Below, piece by piece: positions 54,136 through 64,000 of a DNA stretch of 64,000 bases. A program made the translations under genes and the position numbers. The stretch is from an uncultured Verrucomicrobiae bacterium. GTDB lineage: Bacteria > Verrucomicrobiota > Verrucomicrobiia > Opitutales > JABDGR01. The DNA lies in assembly GCA_963765205.1 (NCBI GenBank), contig CAVXVB010000004.1, positions 64,001 through 128,000 on the forward strand. The letters run 5' to 3'. The notes beneath the pieces are model-generated. The model did no database searches. It had not been told where the DNA came from and saw nothing but the letters and a program-made list of their open reading frames with translations. Position 1 is the stretch's first letter, and each line of letters starts with the position of its first letter.

Positions 54136-55150
54136 TCACGACCGGGAGATTAAGTAGCGCCGGAGGTAGTCGTCCTCGCAAGCGGTTACCAATTTTTTGC
54201 GCAGGCGGAAATTGATTATGCTCATCGGAGCATAAAACTTCAGTCGCCGCAAAAGATTCATGCCCACGATTCCCCCGCACGCCATCAGCAGCAAATTCAA
54301 GGTAAGTGGCAGGGCGCACACCAGAGGCATTATGATAAATGTCGTCAGCGGCAGGATATTCTGAATTAGCCCTTTGAGGTCCCCCAGCAAAAAAATCTGT
54401 CGCGCGGTCGCCAGGGCGGGCTTGCGCCGGGCCAGCACATCCACGGCAATGCCGAGGGAGGCGCAGGTCAGGACGAGCGCAAGTAAAACCGCCGCAAAAA
54501 ACAAGCAACGCCCATCCCTGGCCGGCTCATAAGCCCAGTCAACGATTAGAGCAAGACTCGTGAAAATAGAGCATATCAAGGAAACCACTTGCCAATAAAA
54601 CACCGGGCCGGTGTCGCGGGCCTTGGATATCCGGTAGCCTACGATTACGGTCTCCTGGATGGTCAGGTGTTCCCTGCGAAAGCACGCGGCGGCGGCGTGC
54701 GCATCGCCCAAATCAGCAAGTGCTGCGGCCTGTGCCGCCGGTTCAGTCGAGCCGTTGGCCAAATGCGTTTGCACGGCCGCAGCATAGTGGGCCTCGATTT
54801 CCGGCGACCCGCGCCTGGGCGGACGGCACCAGATTCCCGGTGGCGATCGCCAGCCATTCGGGAAGATTTTGGGGAATCAGCGTGGCCGCATCCTTGGTCG
54901 TGAGGAGTTTTAAGCGCGCGGCGGCGCGTTGCGCGTCGCCCAAATCCGCCAGCGCCGCGGCTTGCGCGTCCAATTCCGGCAAGCCTTTGGCCATAGAGGA
55001 CGCCGAGACCTCGGCGAAGTGCGTCTCGATGGCCTTGCGGAATTGCGCCTGTCTCGACGGCGCGAGGCCCCCGGTGGCGATTTCCAGCCAATCCAGCAGG
55101 CCTTGCGGCATTTGTCGGCGCGAGGATGATTTTGACAGGCCCAGGATCAT
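54136..55150 (-). CDS. HAAS/permease-prefix-like membrane protein A with a doubled N-domain (frameshift near 54805)
   Basis: Two copies of WL.IATG.L.PS.QA..R..IE.H...AAALADLGDA; ATGA overlap with padR. Confidence 0.75.
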
Positions 55151-55461
55151 GTGGCCTCCTTTAATATCCCGCTGATGGCGCCGGAAAATTGCAGCCATTC
55201 CCGGCGTTCGCGCGCCAGGGCCTTGCGCCCTTTTTCGGCCAATCGGTAGTGGCGGCGCGAGCGGCCGTTCTCCTCGCAGACCGAGGAAGTGATCAGTTTT
55301 TTCGCCTCGAGGCCGTGCAAGGCCGGGTAAAGCGTGCCCTCCTTGAAATCCAGCACCCCCTTGGAGGACTGCTTGATCTCCTGGGCGATGCGGTAGCCGT
55401 GATTCGGCCCCCGGCTAAGGTTCTGCAAAATCAGGGTCGGCAAACTGCCTTTGAAGTTCAT
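55147..55461 (-). CDS. PadR-family transcriptional regulator
   Basis: HGYRI, EGTLYPALH.LE, R.RRHYRL...G. Confidence 0.93.
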   Translation of the reverse strand: MNFKGSLPTLILQNLSRGPNHGYRIAQEIKQSSKGVLDFKEGTLYPALHGLEAKKLITSSVCEENGRSRRHYRLAEKGRKALARERREWLQFSGAISGILKEAT

Positions 55462-55542
55462 AGGCCCGCACTCTACATCGAATCCCGATGCATCGGCAAG
55501 CATTATTTTTCGGCCTTTTGAATCCATGAGAAAAGACGGAAT

Positions 55543-55629
55543 TAACCACGGAAGACACAGAGCACACGGAGTAAAATCAACTCGAAACTCGAAACTCGAA
55601 ACAAACTATCTCCGTGCCCTCCGTGGTTC
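55543..55629. repeat. 9-bp-period inverted pair enclosing an (AACTCGA)3 array
   Basis: aaccacggaagacacagagcacacggag ... ctccgtgccctccgtggtt; related pair at 60155-60237. Confidence 0.75.
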
Positions 55630-55631
55630 CA

Positions 55632-56726
55632 TCAATTCTTTCCGCCCGCCCTCTCCGTCAACGTCTTCAACTTCTCCGCCTTTTCCGCCTCCGCCAAGGC
55701 GGTGAGCAAATCGTCAATCTGGCCTTCCATGATGTTGGGGAGGTTGTGCGCGGTGAAGCCGATGCGGTGGTCGGTGACGCGCGATTGCGGGAAATTGTAG
55801 GTGCGGATGCGCTCCGAGCGGTCGCCAGTGCCGATTTGCGCCTTGCGCTGCGCGGAGTATTTCGCGGCCTCCTCGTCCTGCTTGCGCTCAAGCAGCCGCG
55901 CGCGCAGCACCTTCAGCGCCTTGGCCTTGTTCTTGAGCTGCGAGCGTTCGTCCGCGCATTTCACGATGAGGCCGGTGGGCTTGTGGATGATTTGCACCGC
56001 CGAGTCCGTGGTGTTCACACCCTGGCCGCCGGGGCCGCTCGCGCGCGCGACGGTGATTTCGAGTTCGTCCGGGCTGATTTGCACATCCACCTCCTGCGCC
56101 TCGGGTAGCACGGCGACGGTGATCGTCGAGGTGTGGATGCGGCCGTTGGCCTCCGTCGCGGGCACGCGCTGGACGCGGTGGACGCCGCTCTCCCATTTCA
56201 GCGTGCGGTAAACATTGTCGCCGGTGATGAGGAACGCGACGTCCTTGACCCCCCCGGCTTCCGACGGGCTGGAGTCGAGCGACTCGACCTTCCAGCCGTG
56301 CGTTTCGGCGTAGCGGGTGTAGAGGCGCGCCATTTCGGCGGCGAAGAGCGAGGCTTCGTCGCCCCCGGTGCCGGCGCGGATTTCGACGATGGTGTTGCGC
56401 GCGTCGGCCGGGTCGGGCGGAATCATGGCGAGCATGACCTGCTCGTGCAGCTTGGGCAAATCGGCGCGCAGGGTGACGAGCTCCTCCTCTGCCAGCGTGC
56501 GCAAATCCGCGTCGGAAGCCGGGTCGGCCAGCAAGGCCTCGTGCTCGGCGATGGAGTCGGCGGCGTGCTTGAGCTTCGCGTGCAACTCAATGAGTTCGGT
56601 GAGGTTTTGGCGCTCGCGCCCCACTTCCGCCGCGTGCCGCTGGTTCGAGTAAAAGTCAGGCGCCGCCATCAGCGCGTCGAGTTCGACGAGGCGCTTGGCA
56701 AAGGACTCGATGGGCGGAACATCCAT
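55632..56726 (-). CDS. prfA: Peptide chain release factor 1
   Basis: EIRAGTGGDEA, HRVQRVPATE (PxT), GPGGQ. Confidence 0.97.
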   Translation of the reverse strand: MDVPPIESFAKRLVELDALMAAPDFYSNQRHAAEVGRERQNLTELIELHAKLKHAADSIAEHEALLADPASDADLRTLAEEELVTLRADLPKLHEQVMLAMIPPDPADARNTIVEIRAGTGGDEASLFAAEMARLYTRYAETHGWKVESLDSSPSEAGGVKDVAFLITGDNVYRTLKWESGVHRVQRVPATEANGRIHTSTITVAVLPEAQEVDVQISPDELEITVARASGPGGQGVNTTDSAVQIIHKPTGLIVKCADERSQLKNKAKALKVLRARLLERKQDEEAAKYSAQRKAQIGTGDRSERIRTYNFPQSRVTDHRIGFTAHNLPNIMEGQIDDLLTALAEAEKAEKLKTLTERAGGKN

Positions 56727-56735
56727 GGGAAGGTG

Positions 56736-56826
56736 CTGATTTCTGAATGCTGAATGCTGAATTCTGAATTCTGAGTGCGGAGTGCGGAGTGCGGAGTGCG
56801 GAATGCGGAATGCGGAATGCGGAATT
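56736..56826. repeat. Long heptamer array (~13 units) drifting from TGCTGAA to TGCGGAA
   Basis: ttctgaatgctgaatgctgaattctgaattctgagtgcggagtgcggagtgcggagtgcggaatgcggaatgcggaatgcggaat. Confidence 0.9.
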
Positions 56827-56990
56827 CCGGCAAGCCCGGCACGTTAGCGGAAATTCTCCGCAGTGGGAAGCCTGCGGTTTTTTGGGCCTAGGAAGCGGCG
56901 GATATTATTGCACTGTTGGGCGCCTATGAATAGACGGCATAAAAATGCCATCTTGCAAAGATGGCCATTTAAGTGATAAATTTTTCGATC

Positions 56991-57257
56991 ATGGGCTCGC
57001 GCTTATCTAAATGGATAAAATATGTCATATGATTTCTAATTGGATACTTAGGGCTGTATTTCGTTTTGATGAATCGCTCTTGCCCAGCTCTGAACCACTC
57101 TGGTGTTCCAATATTTAAAAGTTCCTTTCGATTTGGTTCAGGGCAGAGACTCCGGGGTGATATGTCGATTTATTGTGGCTCGGTCAGTTCGTTTAATTAT
57201 GTCTTTTACCCGCTCGATTACGTTTATTGGGGCGGCCACCCAGAAGAGGACAACTGA
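56991..57257 (+). pseudogene. AT-rich small membrane-anchored ORF with an internal TGA at codon 14
   Basis: MGSRLSKWIKYVI*FLIGYLGLYFVLMNRS...NYVFYPLDYVYW, in frame with ORF 57066-57257. Confidence 0.5.
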
Positions 57258-57334
57258 GGGATTTTTTGGGCCAAGCTACACTACTACCGTTTTTTGTTTT
57301 AAGGTGGGCGTGAGTCGTTTAAGCTGGCCGCGTT

Positions 57335-58366
57335 ATGTCCGAAACCGACAGCACGTTGCACAGCCGCGAAGTGGTCGCCGTCGTCTGGGATTTCGACAAA
57401 ACCCTCGTCCCCGGCTACATGCAGGCGCCGTTGTTCGAGCATTTCGGCGTGGATGACCGGCAGTTTTGGACCGAGGTCAACAAGCTGCCGGAAATTTACG
57501 CGCGGCGCGGCATCCATGCCTCGAAGGACACGATTTACCTCAACCACTTGCTGAGTTATGTGCGCAACGGCCCCATGCGCGGCTTGAACAACAAATTGCT
57601 CCGCGAATTGGGCGCGAAGCTACAATTTTTCCCCGGCTTGCCGAAGTTGTTCGAGGAACTGCGGGAGGTCGCGCGCGGGCGCCCGGAGTTCGTCCGCCAC
57701 GAAATCGGCCTCGAACACTACATCATCAGCACCGGCCTCGCGGAAATGATCCGCGGCAGCGCCCTCGCGCCATATGTGGACGGCATCTACGGCTGCGAAT
57801 TCGTCGAGAACCCCCTCCCGCCGAACTTCAGCCGGCAGGACGAACTGGCCCTCGACGGCGCGGATTGGGAGATCGCGCAGATCGGCGTCATGGTGGACAA
57901 CACGATCAAGACGCGCTTCATCTTCGAGATCAACAAAGGCTCGAACAAAAACCCCGCGATTGACGTGAACGCCGTCGTGCGGCCCGAGGACCGGCGCGTG
58001 CCGATCAAGAACATGATTTACATCGCCGACGGCCCGAGCGACGTGCCGGTGTTTTCGGTGGTGCGGCGCGGCGGCGGGCAGACGTATGCGGTTTACGACC
58101 CGGCGAACCCCGCCGAATTTGCGCAGAACGACGGCCTGCTGCAAACCGGGCGCATCCACGCCTACGGCCCTGCCGATTACCGCCCCGAAAGCAGCACCGC
58201 GCTCTGGCTCAAGATGCACGTCCGTTCGATTTGCGACCGCATCGTGCGCGAGCGCGAGGGCGCGGTCTCCGCCCGGGTCACCGCCCCGCCGCGCCACCTA
58301 CACCCGCCGCCGACCGCCCCCGCGCCGGCGAAGTCGCGCCAGCACGAATTGTTCGGGGAACGGTAA
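57335..58366 (+). CDS. HAD-superfamily hydrolase
   Basis: [33 protein letters not shown]. Confidence 0.88.
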   Translation: MSETDSTLHSREVVAVVWDFDKTLVPGYMQAPLFEHFGVDDRQFWTEVNKLPEIYARRGIHASKDTIYLNHLLSYVRNGPMRGLNNKLLRELGAKLQFFPGLPKLFEELREVARGRPEFVRHEIGLEHYIISTGLAEMIRGSALAPYVDGIYGCEFVENPLPPNFSRQDELALDGADWEIAQIGVMVDNTIKTRFIFEINKGSNKNPAIDVNAVVRPEDRRVPIKNMIYIADGPSDVPVFSVVRRGGGQTYAVYDPANPAEFAQNDGLLQTGRIHAYGPADYRPESSTALWLKMHVRSICDRIVREREGAVSARVTAPPRHLHPPPTAPAPAKSRQHELFGER

Positions 58367-58521
58367 AATCGGCCATTTTGTTTTCGGCATGGACAAACGG
58401 CGCGGATTGTGTCGAATAAGGGGTGACACCTTGGGCCAGCTTGCCCCAAGCGCGCACGGGAATACCCAGGCCGACGCCTTTTGGTCAGCCCGGGCGCGGA
58501 TCCTACCCCTCCGCTATTCCC

Positions 58522-60084
58522 ATGAATCAGACCTTGCGTCAAGGCGCCAGGTGGGCGCTCGTTTTGATTGGTTTGGCTTTGGCCGCCAGTCTCGTTATCC
58601 GTGCGGTCGATGCGTCCGCCGCTGCGACTCCGGCTCCGGCGGCCACGACGGCGACCGCTCCGACCGACCCGGCCAAGGCCAATGTCGAGCAGCGGCTCGC
58701 GGCCCTCGAAGCCTATTTCGCCAACTCCGATCCCTCGGCGGCTTTGCAGAATTCGAACGGCGGGCCGGCCGCGCCGCCGGTGGGCGTTCCCGGCCCCGGG
58801 CATAATGCGTGGATGATGGTCAGCGCCGCGCTGGTTTTGTTCATGACGCTGCCGGGCCTTGCGCTGTTTTACGGCGGGTTGGTACGCAGCAAGAATGTGC
58901 TCTCGGTCATGGCGCAATGCCTGGGCATCGCGGGCCTCGTGACGATTTTGTGGTGGGCCGTCGGCTACAGCCTGGTGTTTGGGATCAGTTTTTCGAATCA
59001 ACCATGGGGGCCGTTTTTGGGCGGGTCGGAGTATTTCTTCCTGCATGGCGTGGATTCCGCGCCGAATCCGGCCTACGGCGCGTGGGTTTCGCAAAATGTG
59101 TTTGCTATGTATCAGCTCATGTTCGCCATCATCACCCCCGCCCTGATTGTCGGCGCGATTGCCGAACGCATGAAATTCAAAGCCATTTTGGTTTTTATGA
59201 CGCTCTGGATGCTGTTGGTTTATTTTCCCCTCGCGCACATGGTCTGGGGCGCGACGGGTTTTATGAGTGGCGTGGGCAACCCGAAGGCGGGGATCACCGC
59301 GATGGACTTTGCGGGTGGGACGGTGGTGCATATGTCGTCAGGGTGGTCGGCGCTGATTCTATGCCTCATCATCGGGCCGCGCCAGGGCCATGCGCGCACT
59401 CACATGGCGCCGCACAGCCTCGTGTTGTGTATGGTCGGCACGGGGATGCTCTGGGTCGGTTGGTATGGTTTCAACGCGGGCAGCGCCGTCGCCGCCGACG
59501 GGATTGCCGCCAATGCCTTCATGACCACCACGCTGGCGACGGCGGTGGCCTCTTTTACCTGGGGGATGATCGAAATGTTTTTCCGCGGCAAGGCCAGCGT
59601 GCTGGGTTTTTGCTCCGGCGCGGTGGCCGGCCTGGTCGTCATCACCCCCGCCTGCGGTTTTGTGAACGCCACCGGCGCGGTTATCATTGGCGTCTGCGCC
59701 GCCGTGATTCCATTTCTGGCCTGCACGAAGCTCAAGCCCGCCCTCAAGTATGATGATGCGCTGGACACTTTTGGCGTCCACGCGATTGGCGGGACGTTGG
59801 GCGCGCTGCTGACCGGCGTGCTCGCGGTGTCCGCCGTCAACGCGAACATCGGCCCGGCTGGGACGGCGGCCTCGGTCAACGGTCTGGCCGCCCATGTGGC
59901 CAACTACACGGCGTGGATCGCGCAACTGGAGGCGATGGCCGTCACGCTTGCGCTGGCCGTGGTGATGACCGTGATCATCGCCTACGTGACCAAAGCCCTC
60001 GTCGGCCTGCGGCCCAGCCTCGAAGCCGAATCACAAGGCCTCGACATCACCGACCACGGCGAAGAAGGCTACGTGCTCGAGTAG
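58522..60084 (+). CDS. amtB: Ammonium transporter
   Basis: GLALFYGG, FAIITPALI.GA.AER, DFAGGTVVH, GWYGFNAGS, DDALDTFGVH. Confidence 0.96.
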   Translation: MNQTLRQGARWALVLIGLALAASLVIRAVDASAAATPAPAATTATAPTDPAKANVEQRLAALEAYFANSDPSAALQNSNGGPAAPPVGVPGPGHNAWMMVSAALVLFMTLPGLALFYGGLVRSKNVLSVMAQCLGIAGLVTILWWAVGYSLVFGISFSNQPWGPFLGGSEYFFLHGVDSAPNPAYGAWVSQNVFAMYQLMFAIITPALIVGAIAERMKFKAILVFMTLWMLLVYFPLAHMVWGATGFMSGVGNPKAGITAMDFAGGTVVHMSSGWSALILCLIIGPRQGHARTHMAPHSLVLCMVGTGMLWVGWYGFNAGSAVAADGIAANAFMTTTLATAVASFTWGMIEMFFRGKASVLGFCSGAVAGLVVITPACGFVNATGAVIIGVCAAVIPFLACTKLKPALKYDDALDTFGVHAIGGTLGALLTGVLAVSAVNANIGPAGTAASVNGLAAHVANYTAWIAQLEAMAVTLALAVVMTVIIAYVTKALVGLRPSLEAESQGLDITDHGEEGYVLE

Positions 60085-60255
60085 CGCGGGGGTGGATCGC
60101 ACTTGCTTCGCAGTGAAAGTCAACGCCTGGGGCTGTATTTTAAAAATCCAAAACAACCACGGATGACACGGATACGTTTCACCTGCGCATCCGCTACTTT
60201 GATTGCTTTATCCGTGCTATCCGTGTCATCCGTGGTGTAATTTATAAAACGCATC

Positions 60256-61243
60256 CTAACACACCAAGCTCCCAAAATCGGTAAAGCTCGCATCGAACCC
60301 GCCAGGCAGGCCTTTGGCGATGACGGCGACGGCGTCGTGCGAGTGGAGGGATTCGAGGTGCGCGCAGGCGATCTGGAAGTCGCGGATGCGGCGGTCGGCG
60401 TCCAGGCGTTCGTAGAGCAAGCGCGCGGCGTCCTCGACGAACTTCGGGAACGCGCCGTTGAGTTCGGCGAAGGCCTGCTCGTCCTCGCGGCGCACGAAGA
60501 CCTGGGTCTCCGTGTGGAGGGCGGCGAGGCAGTGCTCATGCAAATCCTCAATGGCAAGCGAGGCGCCGGGCGGCACCTCGATGCTCAGGCGCGCCTTGCT
60601 GCGCTGCGAGTGCGGGATGCCGTAGGCGTGGCGTGCGTCGCGGGCGTGCTCGGTCAGCTCGGCGGAGCAGGGGCAGGCGGACGAATAGACGAAATCGAAA
60701 TGAATGAATTTGCGGAACCAGTTCAGGTCGCAAATCGCACCCTCGAAGGCGACCTGGTAGTATTGGTAGCCGGCCAGTCCGCTGCGCAGGCTCGGGCGCA
60801 GCAACGGGTAGTTGAAAGCCAGGCGCAGCCGCCCGCGCGTGGTTTGCAGTTCCTTTTTGTAGCGCAGCAGCACTTCCTCGAGCAGCTCGGGCGAGAAGAC
60901 GCGGTCCTTGAATTCGTAAAAAACCCGCATCAGGCGCGACATGTTGATGCCCTTTTGCTCCGCCCCCAGCGCCACGGTGCCGGTAACGGAGGTTTCGAGC
61001 GAAACCTGCTCGCAGACGGCCGTCAGGTAGCGCAGCGGCAGGCGGAAGCCCGCGATGCCCACCTGGAGGATGGGCACCTGCGCGCCCTGGATGTCGGCAA
61101 CGGTGCCGTTTTGCACGTCGGGCAGGCTGGCGCGGTAACCCGGCGTGACGCGGAAATCGGCGTCGTATTGCCGGCGCAGCGCGGGCGGGGGGGGGAGTGG
61201 GCGCGGTCGAACCCGGCGCGGAAGTTGTTTCTTTCTGGCTCAT
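60256..61243 (-). CDS. folE2: GTP cyclohydrolase IB (FolE2), frameshift in a poly-C tract near 61190
   Basis: [41 protein letters not shown]. Confidence 0.92.
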
Positions 61244-61607
61244 GGGAAAAGAGAGGGGCGCGAGGGAATGACGTTAGAGGGTGGGGCGGCGGGTGTCAAA
61301 TGTAAGACGGGGGTGCGTGCGGTGGGGGGCAGGGCCATGCGTTTTTAACCCGTCAATTTTTTTGGGTTTGAGGGTGTGACAACAAACAGAGGCACGAAAG
61401 AGCCGGCGGAATTGGTTGGATTCATGCCGCGCAGTATAATCGAAAACGAGAAAGCTGTCCATGGTTCGGTTGGCTGCGTTGGATAGGTTGGTTGGGTTGG
61501 ATCGGTTGGGTGAAAATTCAGAAACCGATCATTTTTTGCCGGAAACCTCAGCCATATCACCGAAAATAGGAATGACTTTCCCCGGCGCGGGATTAAAATT
61601 GGCGATT

Positions 61608-61937
61608 ATGAATACTCTCTCTCGCCGGAAAACTTTCGCAAACGCTCTTCCGCAAGCGGGGCGTTTTTGGCTGGCATGGTGTCTGGCTGTGGCGGGTCTG
61701 ATGCTGGGCGGATGCTCCACCGTCAGTGCGACCAAGCCGGTGGGCGACGCGCCGGTGCAGCTCGACGCGAAGGAGTGGGAGGGTGTGTGGATCGCCGAAA
61801 ACAGCAAAGACCTCGGCCCGCTCATCGTCAAGGTGGCGGACGCCGCGCTGGGCGAATTGCAAGTTTCCTCGCTGGACACCGGCGACGACGGGAAATTGAC
61901 CCTCCAAACCGTCCTCGCCCAGGCGCGGTCACCATGA
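61608..61937 (+). pseudogene. N-terminal half of a lipoprotein truncated next to IS copy 2
   Basis: Lipobox LGGC; frame stops within the foreign 37-bp flank; proposed C-half at 5139-5427. Confidence 0.72.
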
Positions 61938-61958
61938 CTTCCTTGCAGAACATGCCTA

Positions 61959-62813
61959 GAGGCTGTCCGAAAAGTAGGCCAGTCGGCATGGAAGGTGCTT
62001 TCGGAGTGGGATGTTTATAACTGACAAACAATGGGAGATTATAAGTCCTGTGTTGCAACGGCCCAAGCGCAGCGTGTTTGGGCGGCCCCGGGCCAACGAG
62101 CGGGAGGTGTTCGAAGCCATCCTGTTCATGCTGCACACGGGCATGCCGTGGAAGCTGCTGCCACGCAGCTTTCCCCCCAAGTCCACCGTGCATGACTACC
62201 TGCAACAGTGGAGCCAGTCGCGGGCCTTCCGCATGCTGTTCGCCCAAGTTATCCGGCACTTGATTGAGGTTGGGCGCATCGATGTGGAAGAATGCTTCGT
62301 GGACGCCACCTTTGCGGCGGCCAAGGGCGGTGGTGACGCCGTGGGGCTGTCGCCCAAGGGCAAGGGCACGAAGGTGCAGTTAGTCGTTGATGGGCAAGGC
62401 ATTCCGCTGGCGCTGTCGGTGGACGCCTCTGGCGTTCCCGAACACGACATGGTGCAGCAAACGCTCGACTTGGGCCAGCCCGAGGCCCAGCCGCAACGCC
62501 TCATCGGCGACAAGGCTTACGACGTGGATGAACTGGACGAAACCCTCGCCGAACTGGGCATCGAAATGATCGCCCCGCACCGCAAAAACCGCCGGCCCGA
62601 AAACGTCACCCAGGACGGACGACCGCGGCGCCGCTACCGCCGCCGCTGGAGAGTCGAACGCACCATCGCCTGGCTGGGCTATCACCGTCGTTTGCTCACC
62701 CGCTGGGAAAAACACGCTTCGCTCTTCTGCGCTTTTGCCACGCTCGGCTGCCTCATGATCGCGCTACGTCATCTGCCCATCACTTGACCAAAGCAGACTT
62801 TTCGGACAGCCTC
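61959..62813 (+). mobile_element. IS5-family insertion sequence, copy 2 (855 bp)
   Basis: Same IRs and identical translated transposase as copy 1, opposite orientation. Confidence 0.95.
62011..62787 (+). CDS. IS5-family DDE transposase
   Basis: Translation identical to 5454-6230. Confidence 0.95.
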   Translation: MFITDKQWEIISPVLQRPKRSVFGRPRANEREVFEAILFMLHTGMPWKLLPRSFPPKSTVHDYLQQWSQSRAFRMLFAQVIRHLIEVGRIDVEECFVDATFAAAKGGGDAVGLSPKGKGTKVQLVVDGQGIPLALSVDASGVPEHDMVQQTLDLGQPEAQPQRLIGDKAYDVDELDETLAELGIEMIAPHRKNRRPENVTQDGRPRRRYRRRWRVERTIAWLGYHRRLLTRWEKHASLFCAFATLGCLMIALRHLPIT

Positions 62814-63419
62814 TAGCAGGCACGCCACAACCGAGCCAGCCAGCCAGAATTTGGCAGTTTTTGCGGCCAGCGCGCGCGCAAAGCAATACAATGTCAGTAA
62901 ATAGAACAAACCCATCAGCGACTCGACCCGCTGCACCAGATACGTCACCGCGTCCGACTGCAGGGGATGCAGGACCCAGAGCAAAGCCGCGGCCAGCGCC
63001 ACCGGCACTGTCCGTCCCGCGAAGAACATGCGCAGCTTCGGCAACTCAAGCGTGCGCCGCACCAGCCCAAACAACGCCAGCCCCGCGAGCAGATGAATCA
63101 CCACGTTGACCACATGGTAACTCCAGACCTGGTAACCGCTCAGCTCGTAATTCAGCGCGAAGGTCAAGTTGGCCAGGGGCCGGCCTGTGACTGTGGCGCC
63201 GTCGAGCGGGGGCTGCAACGCCGCCAGCCAGCCGTGCTGGATGCTCGGATTATTGAGGATGGAAAACTGATCGTCGTAAACAAACGCCCCGCCCAGGCTG
63301 TTGCCATAGGCGGCGGCGCCCGCGGCGACGATGAGGGCCGCCGCCCACCCAACTGCGGGGCGCGCCAAGCCCGCCGATGGCGCGCGGGGGGATTGGTCTG
63401 TGGCCGCGGATTCCGACAT
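62814..63419 (-). pseudogene. N-terminal part of the split TMTC-like TPR membrane protein
   Basis: F.YDD..SI..NP, GRPL, YH.VN..IH, HPLQS.AVTY..QR.E; ends ...VVACLL at the IS. Confidence 0.85.
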
Positions 63420-63498
63420 GGGGAAGTGCCCCTTCTTTACCGGCCTTCGTGGCACGGCGCAATCCCGCTGTTCAACGACGGCGGAAACACCGGCGTGC

Positions 63499-64000
63499 TC
63501 ACGGCGGCGGCGCCGCTCCGCTTTGCTGGAGGGCGGCCTTGGCCTGGTCGAGCCCCTGGCTGACACTCTGATTGGCGGGGTCGAGCCGGTGGGCCTCTTC
63601 GAATTCGTGAACGGCCTCGGCATCATGGCCCGATTGCAGCAGGCAAAAAGCAAGGTTGCTGTGCGCGGCGACATGGTTGGGCTGAATTTTCAAGACGATA
63701 GAAAATTGCACCGCTGCTTCGGAAAATTTTTGCGCCCGCGCCAGCGCGACGCCGAGGTTCTCATGCCCCTCAACCGATTCCGGCAGCAATCGCACGACGG
63801 CCGTGAACTCGGTAATTGCGTCCGCAAACTGCCCGCTACTCAAAAGCAGATTACCCAAGGCGGTGTGATCGGGAGCGGAATCAGGGACCAGGCGCAGGGC
63901 ATTCCGGTAATGGATGATGGCCTGGTCCGTCTGCCCCATCTGGGCCAGCAGGTAGCCGAGATTATGCTCCACGTCAGGCGCGATGGGGTCGAGACGCAAG
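63499..64000 (-). CDS. C-terminal TPR region of an upstream paralog (runs off the window edge)
   Basis: EHNLG..LA.MG..DQAIIHYRNALRL, nearly identical to the repeat near 7090. Confidence 0.85.
   Translation of the reverse strand, partial: LRLDPIAPDVEHNLGYLLAQMGQTDQAIIHYRNALRLVPDSAPDHTALGNLLLSSGQFADAITEFTAVVRLLPESVEGHENLGVALARAQKFSEAAVQFSIVLKIQPNHVAAHSNLAFCLLQSGHDAEAVHEFEEAHRLDPANQSVSQGLDQAKAALQQSGAAPPP

Noticed and set aside
51773..55461. Diversity-generating retroelement or shufflon behind the array variation
   Set aside because: No reverse transcriptase, no adenine-specific TR/VR pair, no site-specific recombinase, and all units are co-oriented
56736..56826. CRISPR array
   Set aside because: Contiguous 7-bp units with no unique spacers, and no cas genes in the window
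57030..57032. TGA recoding (Trp or Sec)
   Set aside because: TGA is used as a normal stop throughout the window; a single nonsense change or error is simpler
44223..61243. queFCED + folE2 + a DNA glycosylase as a 7-deazaguanine DNA modification (Dpd) system
   Set aside because: No dpdA/TGT-like, dpdB or dpdC gene is present; QueF points to tRNA queuosine synthesis; the glycosylase has ordinary OGG motifs

Overview
GC-rich bacterial chromosome segment. Gene content and style suggest Verrucomicrobiota (Opitutae-like); this is inference. Most of the window is housekeeping: mfd-surA, an Irr/Fur-like regulator with sufCBD-sufT, accBC, manA, pyrG, hflX, namZ, queFCED, an ogg glycosylase, prfA, amt, folE2, GH2/GH20/GH127 hydrolases, two tandem GT-C glycosyltransferases and an ECF sigma locus. 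Main observations: (1) Two 855-bp IS5-family copies in opposite orientation (5428-6282, 61959-62813) bracket a ~55.7 kb inversion that split a TPR membrane gene and a lipoprotein gene. One junction carries an anomalous 37-bp duplicated flank. (2) A PadR gene heads a tandem array of four membrane genes with five conserved N-terminal helical (HAAS/permease-prefix-like) domains, conserved C-tails and hypervariable cores. (3) Many gene boundaries carry 7-, 8- or 9-bp-period tandem repeats, usually as inverted pairs; some run into coding ends and one pair brackets an AT-rich cargo gene. (4) An ICE-like palindrome precedes the Irr-like/suf operon. (5) A likely Mu-like prophage end with a dam fragment lies at ~18.3-18.65 kb. 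(6) Several single AT-rich orphan genes interrupt housekeeping regions. Frameshifts in conserved genes (mfd, sufT, folE2) suggest indel-prone sequencing, so individual frameshifts are weak evidence of biology. No rRNA, tRNA or CRISPR array was recognised.
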